DNA from: Ramazzottius varieornatus
Lineage: Eukaryota > Animalia > Tardigrada
Assembly: GCA_001949185.1 (NCBI GenBank)
Contig: BDGG01000007.1
Coordinates: 62,001 to 126,000 of the forward strand
DNA: 64,000 nucleotides
Reading direction: 5' to 3'
Part shown: one piece after another, positions 1-15,620 of the stretch
How the letters are laid out: every line of letters begins with the position of its first letter
Position numbering within the stretch: the stretch's first letter is position 1
Position numbers and translations under genes: made by a program
The notes under the pieces: model-generated
Told to the model about the DNA's origin: nothing
Databases searched by the model: none
The model's input: only the letters and a program-made list of their open reading frames with translations

Positions 1-801
1 CACGAAAGTATAGTTTGTCGTGTTGAGAAACCCATCGACTTGAAGTGTGGTTACGTTGGACTGAAGTGCCGTGCTCAAGCCGTTCTGGTTGCCGGTACAC
101 CACAAAAGCAGGGCAGGATTTCGATTGACGTCACAGACGATCAAGACCGTGATCCAGTTGAAATGCAGCAAGACGCCCCTGAGCATGCTCACAGACCGTA
201 TCACGCTCGATTTTCCTCCTGCCCCAGATTCTATGCGCGTTGGCCATTTTTCCTTGTTGTCAATATCGCTCACATAATTCGTGCTGGAAAGCCAAGTGTG
301 ACTTCACTTTACTTCCGGCCAACTTTTAGCCGTTAAAATATTTACCCAATGGTAAGTTTCCGCAGGTTAGTAGCCAAGTAGGTGGTCGCATGACCATCGC
401 AGTCTAGTATATCCAAGTTCAGTGGTCATGAAACATTCCGCACGAAGCTCTCTAGGTGGTTATACCGAAGCGTTTCAGAACTCACCTGCTTCGTTGGTGA
501 GGAATATGGTAAGATTAGCAGCTCGCCATTTCGACAGATTCGAGTAATAGAACTTGGCCAGTACGTCGTCACTGACAGGCGTCAAATCGGTGCATTGACT
601 GTATTCCGGACCGGTGATGATATTCTGGGAGATGCTCAACCGAGGATAAAACCTTCGGATGTCTTCCAGTGCACTTTCGTAAGCTGGCTCAACCAGGAAA
701 TAACTTCCCATCTCTCCGGCATAATTTAAGATGAAAGTGATCACTTCGACACGGAACAACGGTTGACCGTAGGTGTTGCTGCTAAAGCTCAAGTTATTCA
801 T
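1..801 (-). CDS. ANF-receptor / receptor guanylyl cyclase-type extracellular ligand-binding domain gene; 5' exons only, continues off the window start
   Basis: Exon 1 (801-486, donor GTGAG) reads ...VEPAYESALEDIRRFYP...C...LAKFYY. Short exon DCDGHATTYLATNLRKLTIG. Next exon DNKEKWPT...LLHFNWITVLIVCD matches the 'dK.kyPt...l..fnW..v.ivyD' pattern of ANF_receptor domains. Confidence 0.65.
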
Positions 802-1831
802 TTTTTTCGTAAAGGTATCTCGCTAAATGATGAGTCTTCTGCATACTGCCAGCTCTGCTCGTTGGATCCCACACCTCGACATTCATGGATCACTGCCTGG
901 CTGTTCACGTCAATTAGCAAACCATGCAAAAGATTACTTCCCACCGACCAGTTGCTCTTTGTACGATTTAGAGTAGTTTCCCCAAATGGATGAACTCCTC
1001 AGAACTTAGTAAGCCCCCGACATCCTTCATGTGTTGACGCACTAAGTCCCAAATATGGAAGTCCCAAATATATGAAAAAGAGAGGTGGCCTCCTTCCATA
1101 TACCAGGTTGACTTCTTGGAAGAAACGCACGAAATTTCCCCCGCGTGTAATTCTTTCGAAGGCGACCCATACCTTGTCGCAACTCGAGGTGCATGTTTGC
1201 GAGGAGCTTTAACGGTCTTCTGCGCAAAATTTCCAACTCGCTTGCTAGTTTGTATGGGCGCTCTTACACAGTTGTACTGGTGGTAGGCGCTTTCTTTCCA
1301 TCTTTATATAAGCGCTGGAGTTTTAGGCTGGGAGACGACAGGTTCATGCCAGAGTTTGACACGGCCGTGGTTTCTCCGGTGTGAATGTGGCCGTTCTGGT
1401 TGGGGCTTTCGGGTTGCTCGCCCGGAAGTGGCGAAGGTGCGCCACTGCCACGGGGTAACGTCTAGGCCTTGACCACTTCTTCTGCTTCCTTGTACATTTC
1501 ACCTTCGGGTCAGGATGGATTATCACTGTCCACGTTTAACCTGAGAAAGAAATCAAAATGGAGAAATGCTGAAGAAAAATAACGTGTTCTTCAAGAGAAG
1601 ACAGCAATGAAAGCAGGAGGCCAAGTTGAAATCAACACGATTTCTCCCTCGTTAGGATTTGAAACATAGAATATCTCTCCGAGTCGGCAATATACATTAT
1701 GCCGGCTACAATGTCAGCCTTCGGGCAATCCTCTTCTACTGTATTACTGAGAATCGGTAATGCTTATTCAACCGTTGCACAGTCAACAAAGAAAAAAAAC
1801 AATATTCCGAAACGAGCGCTACTCACAACTA

Positions 1832-2260
1832 CGAGGTAAACGACATAATCCGGCCGTACCCGTTTTTGGGACGTTATTTGGACGGCTGTTTTTTCAATAA
1901 TCTTTGGATGGTTTTCCATCCTGTATGATTCACGGATCAGAAAATCTTGTTTCCTAGAACTCTAAACGGTTCTGGAGAAGATCCGATGGTCAGAGGATGA
2001 AATACAGGTCTTCAAAGAAGGGTCGCGCTAATGCTAAAGAGCCTGCGAAACTAAAATCAAGTAGGCCTCGAGAGGCGCTTGTGTCGTGGCTTCCATGAGT
2101 ATCCTATTGCTACACGTCACTCAGCTGGTTTTCAAGATTTCGAGCGTTGTGGACGGTATGAAACCATAAAGTAAAGCGCCATGTTCTGCCACCATATACC
2201 GCAACACCGCCTGAATTATGTCCCAAAAACGGGTACGGTCGAATTATGTCGTTTACCTTG
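1832..2260. mobile_element. Tc1/mariner-type MITE, about 430 bp, TA target duplication
   Basis: About 41-bp TIRs with 3 mismatches: CGAGGTAAACGACATAATCCGGCCGTACCCGTTTTTGGGAC and its inverse. TA at 1830-31 and 2261-62. Confidence 0.85.
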
Positions 2261-3888
2261 TAGGTAAAGACGCCACAAATGGCTGAGCATTAGTACATAA
2301 GCGGAGGGCGGGTGGGAGGAGATGCGGTAGAAGACAACGATGGTGTTTGCGACTGATGGGAGCCGGTCAAATCAGTTGAACAGCTGAGGAATGCGTGGAA
2401 TTTTCCATTTTGTCTATTTTCTTGATCTCGATAAGCTACCTGTGAGAGCTGAGTATGCCTGCAACTGCTGGTTGATTTCTGGCACGATCTTAACACCATG
2501 AGCACGGGGCGGTGATCTCACTTTCCTGGTGCACACTGGTTTCTACGCAGCGAGACTGCAGCTTGATCTTTGCTACCCGCTTTTTTCACGATTGCCTGAA
2601 ACATTACCTTCTCTTCAGACTGCAACTGACGGCCACGGGACAGTGGCTATGCATAACTGCGTGGAATGTTTTCCGTTTGATGAAATTTCATCGTAGCCAG
2701 CCAATTTTGGTTCGGCCAGGTTCTCGGTTGGCTCGGACTCTCCAAAAAAATTCTAGCTCTAGTTTAAACACTTCTTTCTCTCCGTAAAACATTGGATTTA
2801 CAAAAAGATCTGCTCATTGGTCAACAAGAGATTTTGTAGGTCGGCGGTTTTGAGCTGGCAGGTGTGTACTGTACAGTCCACTGGCTCGAAATGTGAACAA
2901 AAAATTTCGGCTTTGATTTGAGGCCTGCCAAACTCTCACCGCACAGCGTGCTAGGTACCGGCCGCAATTACATAACACATACATAACACAAAGCTTTAAC
3001 TGATGTAATCAAGTAACCAGTCGCAAATATTCGGTTGTAGTAGGCTTGGCGAGCTGTATTGTTAACTTTGAATGATTTCAGTATTTTGAAATCGGACAAT
3101 TTCGTCCACATTTCGAACGAGTGGACTATAATCTCAGACAATCAACGACTGCAGCAATGTCCAAAACGGTTGACACGTCTTTACTGTTGCACTGACATAC
3201 ATTCATTGTCTGATTACAGCTCATTTCTTGTTTTGATTTAGAATACGCGTTGATTGATGGACAATCCGCATACCTGTACCTGGGCTTTGTTTACGCGTAC
3301 GAGCGTGTACCGGGGCCATACTGACGGGAAGCAGAGATCATATCAGCCGATCTTCCCCGGTAGCGGGATGACCAAGAGCTGATTCCAACTTTCTGCAACG
3401 GCCATCCGACAGCTCTGATGGACAAATATAGTCGCGGAGAAGGTTCTAGTTCGATTGGAATCTTCTCCAAACTTAGAGAGACGAAACTCAAAAGTACGGT
3501 ATTCGTGAAACGGAGCTCACATCATTCTCCCCAATTTTGTCTAGTTTAAGAGGTGGTGATTGGTCTAATTTGGCGCCGCCCACTGGCCTCAACTAGTTAA
3601 AACGGGGCGAAAGTGGATTTCCCTTTTCCACCGCGTATTCTGAAAGCACGAAATGTCGTCGTGCTTAAGGTGTTAACCTTAACGTCCTAGGTGTTATACC
3701 ACATATATGGGAAAGACTAAAAATGGATACCACGGTCTTGAAGGGACAAACTCCGAAAGTCCAGCTCTAGTGTTTCAGAACTGAAATTCAAAGCCTTCTA
3801 CCAAATCATCCTCGAACGAGTTAAGTGTGCGTTTGCATCCTTAGCCTAACGTTCGAAAACAAAACCTCCGGGGTGACATCCTTATGTT

Positions 3889-7500
<3,612 letters not shown>

Positions 7501-7639
7501 GCAAAACCTAATCACTTTTTATCTTTTAACAACAGGCCCGTATTGTTCGTATATCTTTTGCTTGAAGAAGGATTTTACGATGGTCTTTTCCAGGGAGAAA
7601 ACCTCGTGACAGTGACCTACGATAAAAGTAAGTTAGAGC

Positions 7640-8950
7640 TTATCGAGTGCGACAAGATGAACACCTATCCATGACGGTCAGAATGGCCGGTTCTTTCAGC
7701 AGTTGATCGACGCCAACTCCTTTCAGAAGAGTTTTGATCTTAATGACTGCATCTTCACCCCCAAGCATATGCAGGATCAGCCGCCATCTGTACCCATACC
7801 ACCCATTGCGAGAAATGGACCGAGGACCATAGTGCTCCATTAGGTCCTGAAGAACAGGTCGTTTGATGTACACATCGTAGCCCGGTCGAAGCTGAAGAGA
7901 ATTCGGGGTGGGATTTTTCCAGTATACGCTGGTCATCATTTCTCGAACAATCTCTGTAACCCAAGCATGAGTAAATCTTAGTAGGCACAGATCTCTTGGC
8001 TTAGCTTGACGATCATTTGCACAGTGTTTGTAAACAGTACTGCATTTACGGACTCACTTCGCGCCTCTTCGTCGTCCAGTTTCAGCTTCGGTGCCGGCAA
8101 AGCAGAGGGCACTTGGTAGACCAGCTGACCGCGCAATGCTGCAGAGGGAATTCTCAGCGGAAGATGATCGATAAGTTCATTTGAAACGACAGGACGACTT
8201 ATCTTGATATGACCGCGACAACCGTTGCGCGTACCTATGGGCCCCGGTGGTTCAGATTCAGCAGAGGGTCTTTCAGCCGAGTCTTCAGGGTCGCTGTGCA
8301 GCGCGTCATCCAAGCTCACTGTGAAAACAGCAAAGTGTATAGAAACAGACCGTTGACCGCCACCACGTCTCAAATGCTCTTTTCCCGTTTTCGACTTACG
8401 TTGCAGAGACTGCTTATCGACGTTCATGCTGGCGTCCCCTGTGGGCAAAAATACGAATATCACAACGGCAGCTGCATCGCAGTGGACAAGTTAGCCCAAA
8501 CTTTCCGATGAGATAAGCTTGCTTACCAGAACGTTCTTCGGTAACCGATGAATTTGCACTGCGGACCACATAATTTAACGTTACATTCAGCGGTGACATC
8601 ATGAGGCTCTTAATAGCCAACGAACGGTGAAACTTTATCGCACTTTATCTTGTTCCTGCAGGTCAGCTTGCTGCTGAAATTAATCATTCGTGTCTTCTGA
8701 TCTACGGGATTCTGAACTAGTACGAAACCTGATAACAAATCAAACATAGCATGACGTTTTCGATCTGGAAACGCGGATGGGAACTACAACGGCTGCGTAT
8801 TAGAAGTGGGGAATACGAGTCCGCACTTACTTAGAGTCAATCGGTGAAACGCTATGAGGTTGTCCGCCAAAACTTCATCATCCTATTCGGCTATGGCTGA
8901 CGAGCGGGAAGTGACCGACGAAGACCGCGAGCTTTTCTGGGACATCTTTA
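7640..8950 (-). pseudogene. Uncharacterised, apparently decayed multi-exon gene
   Basis: Broken coding-like segments (7640-7939, 7978-8463) with splice-like junctions and an early in-frame stop. No family recognised. Confidence 0.3.
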
Positions 8951-9419
8951 TACTGACCTTTAGTGAAAGAAGAGGATGGGAAAATAGTAGCGGAGATTTG
9001 AAATTGGAACTGAAAACTGGCGCGTGAATGTTTAGATTCACGCGCCCTCGATACTACGTTTACATCAGAAAGTAGGCGGAGTGAAATTCGAAATGCAAAA
9101 AGCACACATTGGATTGGTTAAATTTCCGTTTGTCAAATTTGATTTCGATCTGCACGAAAGCGGGCTTTTCTTCACCACTCACACCCAGCTCTGCGAATGC
9201 TGTCAAGTTCGTTAAGGGCAAGAGCTAAAACTGCAAGTACCTGACAAGCTGAGCAAAGGTGGACGAAGTTTGCGGCAGCTTTGCTCAATCTCTATTTTGT
9301 TACGGGAAGAAAACGGTGTGCGTACTATGAGTGATTGCTTACTTTGATTACTTCGTGGTCAGGTAAGATTTCGAACGAGTGTATCCGAAGACTCTATATC
9401 TTCCATCGATAAAATTTGC

Positions 9420-10195
9420 AGACGTTTGCAGACATTTGCAGTTTGTCATCACAGGGAGCGAAGACGAGGGAGCCACCGAAGACAACGAAGTCAACAGCGA
9501 ATGCGCGGCAGCTAGTGCTAGCCATCCACCGAGCGACTAAGCGGAAAGCAACCAGTGCGCAAAGAGCGATAATCATGAAAGCGATAGCGAGGACACTGAT
9601 GAGGACAGGGAAGGGTCGATTGACGAGTACAGCGACTACGATATTGAAGAGGCGGCTCAAAATGACATGGTACACGAAAGTGAGCATTTGAGTACGTCAA
9701 ACTGGTTTTATATCAAACTGTATCACTTTCCTATTTTCACAGACCTAAAAAAGATTCCGGATCTTCCGTCGAGCTCGGCCGTGGTGTCAACCTCAGAGAT
9801 GCGGCAAGATCGTTAACTGAATCCGACTACTGTGATAAGTGCTTGTCTTGCAGTTGAAGCAACAGCTGGTACTACCTCGACAATTTGGCATCATGAAAGG
9901 CATCTCGCGGAAATGCTTTCGCTATGTACTGGGCAAATAAACTTGCACAAGAAATGTTTCTCGTTGTCAAAGTGGATCCTAGATTTGTTCTCTCCAGGAT
10001 ACCTTGTCCACTTGCGCACCGCTACCAAAGACAAGTACCTGGGCTACAGAGATGCTCGAGATGAGGAGGACAGCCATTAACGAAAACCCGCAATGCGCCC
10101 GCGCGCATAACAAGGGAAAGATTCTTCGCGCATTGGCAGAAAGTATCGGAAAGAGCTTTGATACGGTGGAGGATCACGTTAACAATGCTGAATGA
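9420..10195 (+). pseudogene. Uncharacterised acidic low-complexity coding remnant
   Basis: Frame SEDEGATEDNEVNSE...PPSD*AESNQ...EDTDEDREGSIDEYSDYDIEE with an in-frame TAA, followed by splice-like sites. Confidence 0.25.
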
Positions 10196-11109
10196 CGGAC
10201 CGATAGCTTACCGTAGTTGGCTTCCTGTCTTTCGCCATCAAAATTTTCCCATCCTGACACTCCCAAGCTGCAGTACATTGTACACCTTCGGCAGAGCTCT
10301 TCCGTGATTACTTCCTGGTTGGCAAAGCTTGTCTCTCAGTTTTCACGCTCGGTCGGTCTACAGTTCAATATTGTGAGACGCTTTGTTTGAGAGGTTTCGC
10401 ATGTCTTCCAAGTTCATGTTCGAAGTGTATGGGATTTTCTAAAGGAATACTTTATTCATGTAGACGGCTGTGGAACTGCGTGAATACTGATTTATTATTT
10501 TTGCTATCGTGGTCAGCGCGTAGCTACAGTACACTCAGCAGATAACTACGGTACTATTTCAACACGAGTGCGTGCAGACAAGTGGCAGACTATGCATCGT
10601 TGTGTGATAGGATTGATACCCCCATGATATTCTCTACCGTCTGAATAATCTTGCAACAGTCTTTCAGGGCCTAAATTTTTATCTGGGTACCATCCAGAAT
10701 CATCCGTCCTCGGGAACGCGGGAACAGGATGATCAGTATATTAATTTCGAAACGAAAAGGCAGATTTTCCGCATGTCTCATAATTGAGAAGGGATGATTC
10801 CATTCCAAGATCCTGCCAGGAACTGCAGCATGTTCAGCAAGGTAAGTTGGATAGCACATCTCGACATCAGAAAGGGCTAAAGTCTAGGACAATCTTCTAG
10901 GGTTCAAAACGTCTCGCGGAGCGCCAGCTAGATTAGGCCATTTACCACAGGGATCTGCTAACATCTCTCCAAATCAAACGCGCAATAACTTCAGTTTTAT
11001 ACCAAGACTACAGACATTAAGTTGCCACCGCCAGATGAAAGTCCCACTGTAGCTAAGATGAGTGGCAACGTCACTCATAAGGGCAGCAGCTGAACTTCAA
11101 GTTTGAATA

Positions 11110-13774
11110 GTTATTAAGGTCGGGATCACAACAGGGAGGGGAGCACTCTCGTACAGAGAAATTTCTGAGCCGCTGCCCAGATCCCTTCCTAGAGAAAATC
11201 TTGAGCGATCTTCCGACTTCGGAAATCGTTTTGCATGTTTTGATTGACAGGAGTTGCTCTTGGTCATCCCGCCATCGGGGATATTTTTCTTGATTGTCCG
11301 CACGCTACAGACCAACCCGCCCACCGTGATCTTCGGACTCTGACGTCAGTCAACCTGTTTTGAAAGTTTTGTCTCATACTTCCGCGTTTTACATCGGGTA
11401 CCACAGCAAGCGCCCAAGCCGTCCGCAGTCTTTACAGGAAAAGTTCTACGTTGTAATAAGGGTTCGGCTAATTTATGGTAATGGGGGATAATTATTTTCT
11501 TTGAATCTACAAAGTATTACGGGCGTGGGACGAATTTCGTAGTCAAGCGGGACACGGTAAAGACATTGAAACGGAAGCAAAGCTAGGTCGTTGTCATCGT
11601 CAAGATCTTGATCCAGGGGCTCCAGGTCTCCGCCCTCTTCAGCTACGTCCTCTCGGCTTGCTCGTCACCAACTGCCTCAATGCGGTCTTCCTTTGTGTCG
11701 ATATCCCAGTAGTCATCCTCAAGCTTGATGCAATGGGCGAAGAGCTTGGGGAAGTCTTCTGGCTTGAAGATATCAGCAGATTCTTCCCACAGCGTGATCA
11801 GGTCAGGCAGCTTCCTGGTCGTGTTTTGCTTGCCGACATACCCTTTGCGGCGGGCCGTCACCTTCTGCCACAGCTCAGCCACCAGTTCCCGCGCACCGAA
11901 CTCGATCCTATGGTCAGTCAGCCACTGCTGGATTTCTTTCTTCACTCTCTTGCATCTTCTGAACTGTGGCATCAAGCGGGAATGATAACTTGCGTTATCC
12001 AGCACGATCGCAACCGTGTCATATCCGTGGAGCCGAGCAAATTCTTTCAAACGGGGAACCACCACCTCCTTCATGAACCTAAAACCATAACAGCCAAAAT
12101 TTATCATGACGTCATCGAAAACTTGAAGCATTGGCATTCCGTCACGGTAAGAGTTTCATCCGAAATTTTTTCACAATCACAAAGACCCAGTCGACATCTT
12201 CATTTTGTCTGCTCGGACCGGAATAATCCAACCAGTGGTTTGCGAGATATACTCAAAAAACTTATTTTGACCCCCTTTTTTTACTTTTCTCAAAATCAAG
12301 CCACTTGATTGACCTAGTACAACGAGAAAATCTCTTCGTTTGATTGATTGATTTGACAGACTGGCTTACTTCTCGTAGTTTTGGTAGTTGAAATTCCCGT
12401 GGTAGTCCCCAGTGTTCTTTGAGGCTTCCCAGAGAAGTCCACATCCGGGAACGAATCCCCTATCCGTCACCACGTCGAAAATGACCAGACGCTTTCCCGA
12501 TCCACTTGGATGCGACTGTCCGCAGTCCTTGCACAGGATTTCGGCTGTGCCGGTGGATCTTTCTTTGTCGAGTTCGATTCAACTCTTGCGAAACTGGTAG
12601 TTCTCGTCTAACCCAGTCTCATCCAGGAAGCTAATCAGGGCATTCTTCTGTCGAAACTGACGAACCGCTCGGATGTAACGGATACGCCTGACTTTGAGGC
12701 TTGGGTCACCAAACAGGTGTTTAGTGGACCGATCCCGATATCGGAAGCCCATTCGACGTAACACACGATACATCGTGGATTTCGACACCTTAACACCGAC
12801 TTCCTCCTCCACCAATGGCAGTAGAGATTCCACCGTGATGTGTATCTTACTCTTGTACTCCCGGTGAATGATCGCACGAATTTTCCCGTATTCTGACTCC
12901 TTCAACAAGTGCCGACCGACGCCCGCGACACCCTCCATTTCTTCCGCCTCGACAACCGGGTCCAAGGTTGTCATCTTCCGGAACGGTGTTGCTCTCGACT
13001 GCAGTTCCGCTCGGTGGACCAGTTATCAAATCCAGTTCGTAGTGATGTTCTGGATGGTGCGTGTACTTCGCTGGCACAGATGCGCGATTGCCTTACGGCG
13101 ACCTGCCAGAGTGGTCAGAGTATATTTATTCGATCCAAAAAACGACTGACCCAGCACTTTCCATAAATGAGCAATATGCCTCACATCCACGGGATACAGA
13201 GAAAAACTGGAAGACATCTCTCAGCTTCCTGTTAGTTTTGTCAGACTGCGGTATACGCTATTGTAGAATACTGTGGTGCATTTGAAAACTGAGGAGACGG
13301 TTTTCGCTTGTGTTTGATGAAAGCTTCTATCTCTCCAGTTTTTTCCTGGCTGACTCTTCATACTTTCCAGCTGTGATAGGAGAAGACAACAAAGAAGTTG
13401 TCTCGACTCTATCGTTTTCCAACGTGCAGCATGAAAGTCAGATGCCAGAAGGCCGATAAGAATATCGTCTGTGCCGGTACCTTTTACATTTCACGCACGC
13501 AACAGATTTCATTTTTGCCTGCCTGCTGACATTTTTGCCTGCTGACGTCAAAGACCACGGTGGGCGGGTTGGTCTGTAGCGTGCGGACAATCAAGAAAAA
13601 TATCCCCGATGGCGGGATGACCAAGAGCAAATCCTGTCAATCAAAACATGCAAAACGATTTCCGAAGTCGGAAGATCGCTCAAGATTTTCTCTAGGAAGG
13701 GATCTGGGCAGCGGCTCAGAAATTTCTCTGTACGAGAGTGCTCCCCTCCCTGTTGTAATCCCGACCTTAATAAC
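11110..13774 (-). mobile_element. IS630-Tc1-mariner DNA transposon with about 220-bp TIRs, defective
   Basis: Near-identical TIRs at about 11110-11333 and 13551-13774 (GTTATTAAGGTCGGGAT...). TA at 11108-09 and 13775-76. Transposase remnant inside. Confidence 0.9.
11643..13217 (-). pseudogene. Tc1-like transposase resembling the long-spacer DD82E/Sailor type; one intron, inactivated
   Basis: HTH (VSKSTMYRVLRRMGFRY), FLDETG, PSGSGKRLVI, GDYHGNFN, IVLDNASYHS. In-frame TGA at 12579-81. GT-AG intron 12369-12079 restores the frame. The LPPY..LNPIE segment is absent. Confidence 0.8.
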
Positions 13775-14605
13775 TATTCACAGTTCAACAAAAAACTTAG
13801 TAATATAGTTTTATGTTTCGTTATCCTCTGACGATCGAGGAAGCCGTCGACTAGATTGTCGAGGCTCAATAAATCCATCTATCTAGTTGGGCAGCCACCA
13901 TGATTCCCAATGCTAGCCAACCGTAACTCCGATTACGCTATTTTTCGAAAATAAGGGGAGCTCCGGAAAGCAAAATGTAGTTACACGTCACGAAAGGGGC
14001 GGAGCAAGGCCGTGGCTACAGTTGCGAAGTGAACGGGAGTGGCAACTTAAGCTCTATATTGACTTGGATCCGCCCTGAGGTCGATGCACAGGAGGTCCTC
14101 CGGTCCTCCGGCCCTCCGTGGACTGGCGACCGAGAAAGATAGGGCGGTAAACGCAAGTACGAAGTGATTCACTGGGAGAAGAAGGTTAAATAATCCAGAA
14201 ATTGTAAAGCCAGATTCAAATTCGGAAACGCAAAAATCTACTTCGGATCTGCAGTACAACAAGCATAAACAAACGAGATTAATACTGTCCAACAGGGATC
14301 TTTAGAAAATCAACACTTGTCGAAAACCCTTGGTCCAGCTAGTCGGTTGTTTTTTTTTTGAAAAAACCATCGAAAATCAAGAAAAAAACCTTTCTCTATA
14401 GCACGTTGCATACAGTCCTACATGCGAGATGTGACAATCGCTCCTTCTGCGATTAAACAACGATTTTCCACGGGCTTGCTCGCCATACACTGCGCAGCAC
14501 GATCGGCTGATGGCGCGTAGCTCCGTGAACATACGAACCACCGTCCAGAACTAAAATCAGGCGTTTGAACTGTGACATCTCGCAGGTAGGACTGTACGTA
14601 AAATA

Positions 14606-15620
14606 CTAGTATTTGATTAAGTTCGAGATGTTGTTGTGACGGTGGTTGCGGTTTTCTTTGAATGTGCCCGGTTGGGTCAGCGAAGATGGCTCCGCAGACA
14701 TCAAAATTTCGGCCAGTTTCTTCCCATGGCGGCGTCGTTCGCACGGGCTCTTTGCCCGTATGTCTTTTGGGCATTTTGTCTTTTAGCAAAACCTTTTCAC
14801 CCTTAAACCTTTTGACCAATGCGCCTTTTGAAACACGAAAATTACCTTTTGGTCACCAAACCTTTTAGCCGTTAGACCTCTCACCGCTTAAACCTTTTGT
14901 TGGCGGTGAACGAAGTAGGCATGAGGGTAACCAAGTCATTTTCTCAGCTAACACTCATGCGGTGTCGAGGGTGACGCCATTCCACCCCGGTTTTCCCGAT
15001 CTCGGCCAAAGCTGCGTTTTAAAAAACACGGACAATTGAGCGGTGCTCAAAAGGCAGAGAGGTCAGAAGGTATAAGTGTTGTTCTCAGAAGGTCATAGGG
15101 TTGGAAGGCGAAATGCCTAAAAGGCCAAACGTGCAGAAGGCAAAAGTGCTAAAAGGCGAATCCAAAAAGGGAATTTGCTGCGAGGTATATCAACGCCGTA
15201 CCATTCGCACATGTAGATGATACCACAAGCGAGCCCGACTTCCGCTGCGAACCCAAGGAACAGGACCACGGCGTCTCGTCTACCTACAACAATTTGCACT
15301 GAAGACAAGCGACTGACCAGCATGCCCTCACATCAGCACGTCATGGGTAGAGGTGGCACTTCCGGCTGGTGCATTGTGATGACAACATTTACCGCGGACT
15401 TTGAGGCGGAAGGAAGCGTAGTTGGTGTTAGTTATCCCATTACAGGCACCGCACCGGTACTCCCCATCGTCTTCTCGGGTGACATTTAGGACTTAAAGAG
15501 AAGCGTTGCGGAGTCCAGGCAGAGTAATCCGTATCGTTCATCACCCACCGCGAAACAATACTGTTGTCGAGCTCGTCCGCATTCAGAAAGGTTTTGTCCA
15601 CCGAGTACGGCCAATAACCC
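14606..15620 (-). pseudogene. Basigin/neuroplastin-like Ig-domain + TM gene fragment inside the TIR element
   Basis: Ig motif VLNVTREDDGEYRCGACNG..ASFRLKV; phase-1 intron 15392-15299; TM AVVLFLGFAAEVGLACGIIYMCE with intramembrane Glu. Basic tail ERRRHGKK is recovered after removing insert 14743-15193. Stop at 15493-95. Confidence 0.65.
14743..15193. mobile_element. 451-bp insertion interrupting the captured fragment, flanked by a CGC direct repeat
   Basis: CGC at 14740-42 and 15194-96. Left part is rich in CCTTTT/CTTTT and right part in AAAAGG (imperfect foldback). Excision restores the reading frame YG|ERRRH. Confidence 0.6.

Noticed and set aside
11097-13808. Twin small ORFs MGGLVCSVRT... 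on opposite strands
   Set aside because: They are translations of the two TIRs of one transposon, not genes.
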